Assembly: GCA_033762115.1 (NCBI GenBank)
Contig: JANRLX010000090.1
Coordinates: forward strand, 1 to 44,762
DNA from: Verrucomicrobiota bacterium
GTDB lineage: Bacteria; Verrucomicrobiota; Verrucomicrobiia; Limisphaerales; SXQI01
Direction of reading: 5' to 3'
Length of the DNA stretch: 44,762 nucleotides
How positions within the stretch are numbered: position 1 is the stretch's first letter; every line of letters starts with the position of its first letter. The position numbers were made by a program, and so were the translations under genes. The notes beneath the pieces were generated by a model, which had not been told where the DNA came from, did not search any database, and saw only the letters and a program-made list of their open reading frames with translations. Shown one piece after another: positions 37,715 to 44,762 of this stretch.

Positions 37715-40700
37715 ATGAAAACCCTTTCCTCATTAAAAAACATCTGGTTCTCAATTGTTTTAGGACTGATAGTAGTCTGCAAAATCAATGCGCAGATCGT
37801 TATCAACGAAATTGCCGCGAATCCGCCAGGCACCGATAACCCGTACGAATTCATCGAAATTAAAGGGCCTGCAAATGCGCCGCTGACGAACCTTTATCTC
37901 GTTGTGTTGGCAGGCGATCTTGCCAAGGCGGGGAATGCGGAATGGGTTTTTAATCTCGCTGGAGCGAACGGCACCAACACCCTTGGAAACAACGGCCTGT
38001 TGGTCGTTAAAGCGCAATCAGGTGGGTACACTCCAGCGGCTGGCACGACCATCATTCCGGTCACGGGCTTCAATAGCGCCAACAGCCTCGACAATGGATC
38101 GTTGTCTTTTTTCTTGATTGAAAGTCTGACCGCGCCCGTCGCAGGGACGGATTACGACCCCGGCAACATCGGATGGTGCACCGTCGCGCCAATGACCTCC
38201 TGCCGAATTTTGGATGTGGTTGGCTGGCGCGACAACGACGACAATGACTTGGTGTACGGCGGGGTCCGCTTAAAAATTGCGCCCGGTGAAACCGTTGAAG
38301 GCGCAAGCCGATTTCCGACCGACACGACGGCCTCGTCAACCAATGCGTGGTATTACGGCAAGCTGCAAGGTTCGCCTGGATCAACTTCCTACACGACCAA
38401 CACCGCAAATCGGAGTCTCAATTTTCCAACGTTTCCAAGCATCGGCGCTTTGACGCCAGGGGCTGTCAATGGACCCACGCCGGGGATCGCGTTCATCCCT
38501 GACCAATCGGGGGTGGTGGGAGATACGACCACGCCAGCCATTCCAATCACATTAAGTTCCTCCGTCACCGTGACGGCGAGTTCGAGCGCCCCATCGGTGG
38601 TTCCAAATAATCCCGCGAACCTGACGTGGGGTGGAAGTGGGGTGAATCGAACGCTAACAATTACGCCTATCGCCGTCGGCTACGATGTCCAAATTACGGT
38701 AGTGGCGACGGGAATCGGCACCAATATTTTTCGATATTCCGCTTCGTCTGGTTTTGTCAGCACAGCACGATTTCACACTGCCTCATCCGATGCTTCGGCG
38801 GCCATTTCGTTGGATTCGAGCTACATGCTCGTGGGGGATGACGAAACCCATTCCGTTCGCCTTTACAGCCGCACGAACTCAGGGCTGGCTTTGAAAGAAT
38901 TCAATTTCAAGGCATTCTTCAATGCCACCAATCTCGATCAGGACGGATTTCCCAAGGAACTGGACATCGAAGCGGCGACCAAGGTTCCCAATCGGATTTA
39001 TTGGATCACATCGCACGGCAACTCCGGAGACGGCAGCATCGTTCCGAATCGGAATCGGCTCTTTGCCACGGCTTTGAGTGGGTCCGGGGCCAGCTCCTCA
39101 ATCTCGTTTACCGGCTATTACGACAAACTTCGTGAGGACCTCATCAATTGGGACAAAACGGGCGGCCATAAAAAAGGGGAAAACTACTACGGATTCGTCG
39201 CCGGGACCGCCGACCTTCATTTGGCCAAAAGCATCGACGGTTTCAATATCGAAGGGATGACCATGCTGAACGGCAGCACGAATATCGCCTACCTCGCCTT
39301 TCGCGCTCCATTGACGCCTAAAATGACGCGGCGCAACGCGCTCCTTATTCCCGTTTTGAATCTCCCCAATCTCGTGACGGGAAATCCCGCCAGCGGACCA
39401 GCCGCCTTCGGCGACCCCATTGAACTCGATTTGGGCGGACGCGGCATTCGCAGCATCGAAGGCAACGGCACAAGTTATGTCATCATCGCGGGTTCCCCCC
39501 TGGAAGCGACGGGAGATCCTTATGAATTTCGCATTTTCACTTGGAGCGGAAACGCCCTGGAAGCGCCACAGGAACGGAGCGTCAATCTTAATGGCCTCAA
39601 TCCCGAGGCAATTGTGGAAATTCCAGCGGGCACGCTGACTTCCAGCAGCCAGATTCAAATCCTAAGCGACAACGGCAATGCCAAGTGGTATTCGCCCGCC
39701 GACAACACTTCGAGCAAAGACTTGCTGGTTCCCAATTGGAAAAAATTCCGCAGCGATTGGATCACCATTGGAACGGTGGTTCCGCCGCGCCCGTATCTCG
39801 CCAAAAATGCCCAGGCCCGCGCTGGTCGTTTCACGCGAGGTTCCGGCACGGACACGCAATACCACTCCTATGTGACCGCCGTCGATCTGGTGGACGGGGT
39901 GCCGTTCGACGCCACGGGCGGCAACGCCGATCAATTCTATCCGTCACACGATTGGACCACCACCCTCGCTCATCGCAATGCGACCAATCCCGGTTCTCCC
40001 ATCACTTTCAAGAATCCACTGGCTTCCTTCGGCTCTCAATCCGGCGCGACACCCCTCTACCTCGATCGATCGTACACCTTCAAAGTTGGATTTGGCGACC
40101 GGCCCAAAGTGGCGGCGGAAACCAGCCCCGCAACCATCAACATTGCCGTTTATGATCGGAACACAATGGCCAAGTCGGCCGATATTCAGATTACTGTTCC
40201 CCTCAATCCGTGGAGCGCAAATCCCACCGTCATCAGCGATGGCATCGAAGTTGATAATGACAAATACGGCCTGAAAACCACGTTGCGTCTGGCTTCGGTT
40301 CAGGATGGAAATCCCCCGGCGTTTTATCTGACCCACGAGGCCCGCAAAACCGATTACATCTTTCTGGTCAAAGGTTTTGGATTTCTCGGGCCGAGCACCA
40401 ACGCCAGCGCCCGCCCCACGATGGTCACGACCAATGCCGGTTCGGCCACCTGGTCACCGCTCTACGTGATGAATTTCGATTCCTTGCCGCCGTGGCGTTC
40501 GGCCTTTATCGACCAGCCCCATTTTGACCGCGTGCCGATGCCTCCAGAACTGGCCGGGAAGTCAGTGGAAGAACTCATGAATTACTCGGCCCGGTTCACT
40601 AATCAGCCGAGCATTTCGGTGCCGACCAATTACCTCGCCCTGGATGCCAGCGCCGAACTCCGCCGTCACCCCGTTCTCGATCAACTCGTTTTGGACTTGG

Positions 40701-43700
40701 GAAACGATCCGATTGCGCTCGCGAATTATGTGCAGAACGAAATCCAACTGACGGACGCGCTCAGTTACAACGATCAAAACGCCATCTCCGATCAATCGGT
40801 TAATCTCGCCGGTGTTAATCGCGGCGCGCTAGCCACCTACCTGGAAGGACAGGGCTCACCGCAGGAGCAATGCGCACTTCTGATGTACCTGCTTCGACGG
40901 GCGCAGGTTCCAGCAGCTTACCTCTATCCGCAAACAAACACCCTCAAGGTTGTGGATGGCCGCTTGAGCAAGCTCCTGCGTATGCAGATCAAGGGCGCCG
41001 TTACTGATACTGGCGTCAGCAACGTTCCGCATCTGGTTCCAATCAACTATCCGTGGATCACCGCTTACATCGGAGGCCAATGGGTGCATCTCTTCCCGTG
41101 GCTCAAAGACACCGAAATCACCGAGGGCTTCAACCTCTACGATTTCATGCCCGCTCAATACAACTCGGCCACCAAATGGACGCGGGGTTATCTGCAAATG
41201 CACAACGCCATCATGTTGCTGGCGAGCCAAACAGACACCATCACCGACCTTTTTCCGCGTTATCTCCAAAGCCAATTGCGAACGAATTATCCGGGCATCT
41301 CAATGGATGATCTTGGCGTGCAGATCAATGACCGCCGACATTATTACGCCCGCTGGTCCGACTTCCCGCAGCCAACCGTCGTGGGCTCTAATTTCACCGT
41401 CGTTGAAAGTCTCGCTTCGATCACGAATTCATTTCCGGCCATGTCGAACCTCTTCGACCTGATCAACATCGAAGTGACCAGTTCGACGACTCCGGCCAAT
41501 AAAATCAGCACGGGCGATTTGCTCGTCACCGATTTGCATAACCGCCAGTTCACCCTTTGGTATCAAACGAACGCGGGTGGCCATGCCATGACGCTCTCGC
41601 TGGCCTCCTTCCGACCGGACACCATCACTTCCGTGGCCTTCTCGGCGTTCAATCCGGCTGACCCGCGTGGCACCAACATCATGAACAAGGTGGCTTCCAG
41701 CGTGACGCTGGCCTCCAACGAGGATGAAATCAAAATCAAATTTACTCACAAACGGCACCGCGCTCTGGCCGATTCCTTCACGACCAACGGGCCGTCCCGA
41801 TATAGCGCGTTCCTTGGCTTCGATATAGCTCAAATCCGCAGCCAGGTTGAAGTCGTGTCCCAGGAAAGAACAGTTCGCAAAGGCGACTTGATTTCCATCT
41901 GCATCAATCCGGGCCGCGTCACCCCCAAAATGATGGAACTGCAAAATCAGAACTATTTCGCCATGCAGGAGATCGTCCGAACTAACTCGGCTGCGACAAA
42001 CAGTTTCACCTTGGAAACTTACCAAGGGAAACTCGCGAGCCTCCTTGGCAGCACCTATTTCCAGAAGGTGGACCGCTTCCGCGATTTCGCGCAACAGCTT
42101 CACAAGGCCCAAACCATCTCCTGGTATTCTGTCGCATTATCGCAACTCGGAGCGGAGCGAAACAGCAACGGCACGCTGGTGAGCGGAGCTGTCAAAGTCA
42201 ACAAGCCACGCTTTGATCTCGTTCATCAGCAACTCGCCATCGCCGGCAACGGGACCATTCATGCGGAGGCTGAGCAAGACCCGATTTACGGATCAATGGA
42301 TTTTTACGAACTCCTCATGGTGGAAGCGTCGGCGCTGGAGCATGCGGCCATCAACGATTTTTACGATCAATCCAAAGCGGTATCGAGCGTCAACATTCTG
42401 CAACGGGCGCAACTCTCCGGTTGGGCGCGTGAGCCCGGCATCCTCGAACTGACCGCCACCAATTATTTGACGCTTGGCGAAACCCTCTATCCTTCGGGCG
42501 GGGCCACCAAACTAAAAGCCTACGACCCTGGAATGTGGCAAACGATCACCAATGCGTTCGCCAGCGGAAGCCTGTCCAACAATGTGCGGGCCTGGATCAC
42601 GCCGGGACCGATCACGAACGAGATTGGCAAACACATGGGAGCGTTGGTTTTTGCGGGCCGCTATTTCGCCGCACTCTTAAGCACCAATCTGAATGGAGCC
42701 GAAGGAGCCATCTATACCGGCACGGTCAATGGTCTGGTTGGAGGCGCAAGCGTGACTACCTTGTATTTTGGCAACGATGGACAATGGCACGAGCGCTCAT
42801 GGTTCGGCGATTTGCTTTTTGGCGGAGACAAAATTGCTGTTAAGGGACCGCGTGGCGAAATTGAGTTAAATGTTCAGCTCAGTTTTGCCGACCGAATCGC
42901 GCTGGCACTGTTGGGGCCGAATGCAACCGAGGAGGAGATCATTCAGTTCCTGATTGATCGCGGTCATATCTTCCCTGGTCAATTCATCAATTATTACAAT
43001 TTGCCGTCGAACAGTAGTTCGCAAACGATGGCCCAAACTACCACCGGCAATGGGAATACCGGCGATCCGTGGTGGATGCAAGCTGTCAACTTCGTTTCCG
43101 ATCCTGTGGATGCCATCAGTGGCGCCTTCTACAACGATGAGGAGGATTTGATGCTGGCCGGGCCTTTCCCGCTCGCCATTCGTCGAAACTATTCAAGCCA
43201 GAACCAAGCCCACAACGAATTCGGGCATGGTTGGAAAATCAGCTATTTTCCATTTCTGGTCAAAGCGGTCGATGAGCAAACCATCTATGCGGCTACACCG
43301 AACGGCTCTGTCATTGCCTACAGTTTTGAAACCAACAATACGTGGCGACCAACCGTGGCCAAGAATCCTCAAGTCTCCAACGACTCGACTCCCGGCGGGA
43401 CATCCTCGGATAATGTCTTTTTGTCCCGGATCGAAAAAGTCGTGAGCGGCGACACGCGGTTTATCATTTACGACGCGGATGGAACGGTCAGGACTTATAT
43501 TCAGAGATCATTCCCAATCGCAGGGTCAACGCGAGAACGTCCGTATCTGGACACCTGGAGAGATCATCGAGGCAACAGCTTTTATTTCAGCTTCGGAACA
43601 AACTCAGCCGCGACCGATTATGGACAAGTACGGCGCATCCGGTCCAGCAGCGGATCATACGTTATTTTCAGCTACGACACACGCGGCCACATCGTTGAAG

Positions 43701-44762
43701 CCTTCGCCAGCGACGGACGGAAGGTTCAATACGAATATGATTATTCGGATGATCTTGTGGCCGTTACACGCCCGGACGGTTCTCGAATTGAGTACGAATA
43801 TTCCTACGTTCCGCTTCCGGGAAGCACCATCACCAACAATGTGTATGGCTGGATCAATTCCACGAACAATGGCGTTCCTGACCTGTATCGCGGGATTGTG
43901 GGAACAGCCGTTATTACCAACAAAGTCAGTTCTCACCAAATTAGCCGGATCACCAAGCCCGATGGCCGGATTTTGGAGAACGATTACGACAAGGAACGGC
44001 GCGTCACCGCGCAACGGGCCAGCGCGGGGCTTGATTTGAATCCGGTTCAAAATGCCACGTTCTCCTACACCAACAATTTCGTCTTCACCAACCAGCCCTC
44101 TGGTGGCATCACCGGAACAACCGGGGTGAAGGATTTCTTCGGCAACACCACGATTTATTCTTACAACGCCGGTTTGATGACCCAGGTTCGCGATCCATTG
44201 GGCCAGACCACCATCAAGTCGTGGTACGGCGCGGATACCAATGGCGGTTATCGGCGCAGTCTTTCGCAAATCATCGACAAGCGAGGGTTGAGCACAGCAT
44301 TCAAGTATGATTCGCGAGGCAATATCACCAACGCGACCACAGTCGGTAATTTGACAGGGACCGGCAGCACTAATGAACAACGAATCGCGACCTTTGTTTA
44401 TGACACCAATTCGGTCCTGCAAACCGCCATCAGTCCCTCCGCCATCACCAACCGCTTTTTCTATGCGGCGAGCAATGTTTGGCTTTTGACGCGCACGGAA
44501 GTTTGGCCTTCCGGCGCCACCTCTGCAAACGCTATTACCAATTCAGTCAATTACACGAACGTCTCGATGGTCTTCACGAATGGCGGGGTGGTTTACACCA
44601 ACTTCGTCAATGCCCTGCCACAGCAATTCCTTCGTGCTGCGGGCAGTTCCGAGCAGGCTTCCAAAGAAATGGTTTACAATAGTCGAGGCTACGTCGTCAG
44701 GACCATTCAACGAACCAGTACATCCGACCCGGACGTGATTGCGGATTTTACGACAGACGACC
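37715..44762 (+). CDS. giant (>2349 aa, 3'-truncated by the window) secreted RHS/YD protein: signal peptide, lamin-tail-like, Ig-like, DUF3616-like, transglutaminase-like, DUF6531-like, YD repeats
   Basis: ATG at 37715 (MKTLSSLKNIWFSIVLGLIVVCKINA-QIVINEI). The same frame gives EFIEIKG, GDDE, DIEAA, YWITSHG, FNIEG, LDLGGRGIRSI, ATYLEGQGSPQEQCALL, DPVDAISG, RRNYSSQ, FGHGW, YDTRGH, YDKERRV and YDSRGN. The ORF track has no closed ORF in this frame, which fits an open frame running off the end. Confidence 0.88.
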   Translation, partial: MKTLSSLKNIWFSIVLGLIVVCKINAQIVINEIAANPPGTDNPYEFIEIKGPANAPLTNLYLVVLAGDLAKAGNAEWVFNLAGANGTNTLGNNGLLVVKAQSGGYTPAAGTTIIPVTGFNSANSLDNGSLSFFLIESLTAPVAGTDYDPGNIGWCTVAPMTSCRILDVVGWRDNDDNDLVYGGVRLKIAPGETVEGASRFPTDTTASSTNAWYYGKLQGSPGSTSYTTNTANRSLNFPTFPSIGALTPGAVNGPTPGIAFIPDQSGVVGDTTTPAIPITLSSSVTVTASSSAPSVVPNNPANLTWGGSGVNRTLTITPIAVGYDVQITVVATGIGTNIFRYSASSGFVSTARFHTASSDASAAISLDSSYMLVGDDETHSVRLYSRTNSGLALKEFNFKAFFNATNLDQDGFPKELDIEAATKVPNRIYWITSHGNSGDGSIVPNRNRLFATALSGSGASSSISFTGYYDKLREDLINWDKTGGHKKGENYYGFVAGTADLHLAKSIDGFNIEGMTMLNGSTNIAYLAFRAPLTPKMTRRNALLIPVLNLPNLVTGNPASGPAAFGDPIELDLGGRGIRSIEGNGTSYVIIAGSPLEATGDPYEFRIFTWSGNALEAPQERSVNLNGLNPEAIVEIPAGTLTSSSQIQILSDNGNAKWYSPADNTSSKDLLVPNWKKFRSDWITIGTVVPPRPYLAKNAQARAGRFTRGSGTDTQYHSYVTAVDLVDGVPFDATGGNADQFYPSHDWTTTLAHRNATNPGSPITFKNPLASFGSQSGATPLYLDRSYTFKVGFGDRPKVAAETSPATINIAVYDRNTMAKSADIQITVPLNPWSANPTVISDGIEVDNDKYGLKTTLRLASVQDGNPPAFYLTHEARKTDYIFLVKGFGFLGPSTNASARPTMVTTNAGSATWSPLYVMNFDSLPPWRSAFIDQPHFDRVPMPPELAGKSVEELMNYSARFTNQPSISVPTNYLALDASAELRRHPVLDQLVLDLGNDPIALANYVQNEIQLTDALSYNDQNAISDQSVNLAGVNRGALATYLEGQGSPQEQCALLMYLLRRAQVPAAYLYPQTNTLKVVDGRLSKLLRMQIKGAVTDTGVSNVPHLVPINYPWITAYIGGQWVHLFPWLKDTEITEGFNLYDFMPAQYNSATKWTRGYLQMHNAIMLLASQTDTITDLFPRYLQSQLRTNYPGISMDDLGVQINDRRHYYARWSDFPQPTVVGSNFTVVESLASITNSFPAMSNLFDLINIEVTSSTTPANKISTGDLLVTDLHNRQFTLWYQTNAGGHAMTLSLASFRPDTITSVAFSAFNPADPRGTNIMNKVASSVTLASNEDEIKIKFTHKRHRALADSFTTNGPSRYSAFLGFDIAQIRSQVEVVSQERTVRKGDLISICINPGRVTPKMMELQNQNYFAMQEIVRTNSAATNSFTLETYQGKLASLLGSTYFQKVDRFRDFAQQLHKAQTISWYSVALSQLGAERNSNGTLVSGAVKVNKPRFDLVHQQLAIAGNGTIHAEAEQDPIYGSMDFYELLMVEASALEHAAINDFYDQSKAVSSVNILQRAQLSGWAREPGILELTATNYLTLGETLYPSGGATKLKAYDPGMWQTITNAFASGSLSNNVRAWITPGPITNEIGKHMGALVFAGRYFAALLSTNLNGAEGAIYTGTVNGLVGGASVTTLYFGNDGQWHERSWFGDLLFGGDKIAVKGPRGEIELNVQLSFADRIALALLGPNATEEEIIQFLIDRGHIFPGQFINYYNLPSNSSSQTMAQTTTGNGNTGDPWWMQAVNFVSDPVDAISGAFYNDEEDLMLAGPFPLAIRRNYSSQNQAHNEFGHGWKISYFPFLVKAVDEQTIYAATPNGSVIAYSFETNNTWRPTVAKNPQVSNDSTPGGTSSDNVFLSRIEKVVSGDTRFIIYDADGTVRTYIQRSFPIAGSTRERPYLDTWRDHRGNSFYFSFGTNSAATDYGQVRRIRSSSGSYVIFSYDTRGHIVEAFASDGRKVQYEYDYSDDLVAVTRPDGSRIEYEYSYVPLPGSTITNNVYGWINSTNNGVPDLYRGIVGTAVITNKVSSHQISRITKPDGRILENDYDKERRVTAQRASAGLDLNPVQNATFSYTNNFVFTNQPSGGITGTTGVKDFFGNTTIYSYNAGLMTQVRDPLGQTTIKSWYGADTNGGYRRSLSQIIDKRGLSTAFKYDSRGNITNATTVGNLTGTGSTNEQRIATFVYDTNSVLQTAISPSAITNRFFYAASNVWLLTRTEVWPSGATSANAITNSVNYTNVSMVFTNGGVVYTNFVNALPQQFLRAAGSSEQASKEMVYNSRGYVVRTIQRTSTSDPDVIADFTTDD

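Larger units (their letters stand above)
28105..44762. mobile_element. tRNA-Thr-integrated genomic island (ICE/IME-like); right end lies beyond the window
   Basis: Integrase starts 190 bp after the tRNA. Also carries an excisionase-like gene, a VirD4-like ATPase, XRE regulators and more AT-rich cargo. The host strand skew appears to be lost here. No second att copy was seen. Confidence 0.8.

Noticed and set aside
1..44762. CRISPR array, IS transposase, prophage structural genes, rRNA, second att copy
   Set aside because: No regularly spaced repeats or corresponding motifs were seen by eye, and no duplicate of the tRNA-Thr 3' end was found in the window.

Overview
A bacterial chromosomal window, probably from Verrucomicrobiota (inferred from the PEP-CTERM, DUF1080 and signal-peptide RHS gene content). 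It has three parts. (1) Bases 1-3181 encode a membrane-anchored or secreted RHS/YD-repeat protein with a C39-like cysteine peptidase domain. An in-frame TAG at 62-64 interrupts it, and YD-type sequence continues past the stop. (2) Bases ~3.4-28.1 kb are ordinary host chromosome: a histidine phosphatase, prmA, an RluA-GNAT fusion, a NarL-type two-component pair, tatD, a PEP-CTERM protein, rex, infA, tmk, tRNA-Arg(TCT), a 1-Cys peroxiredoxin, sugar-metabolism genes, a CBS-type pyrophosphatase and tRNA-Thr(CGT). (3) From the 3' end of tRNA-Thr to the window end lies an integrative element. It carries a tyrosine integrase and a four-gene enzyme cassette: a histidine phosphatase and a MoaA-like radical SAM enzyme, converging on a divergent GluRS paralog coupled to a 2OG-Fe(II) oxygenase. 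It also carries an excisionase-like protein, a VirD4-like coupling protein, two XRE regulators with palindromic operator candidates, and a >2349-aa secreted RHS protein. That last ORF is missing from the supplied track because it runs off the window. The best novelty candidates are the four-gene cassette and the possibly self-processing C39-RHS protein. All family assignments are from motif recognition by eye; no searches were run.
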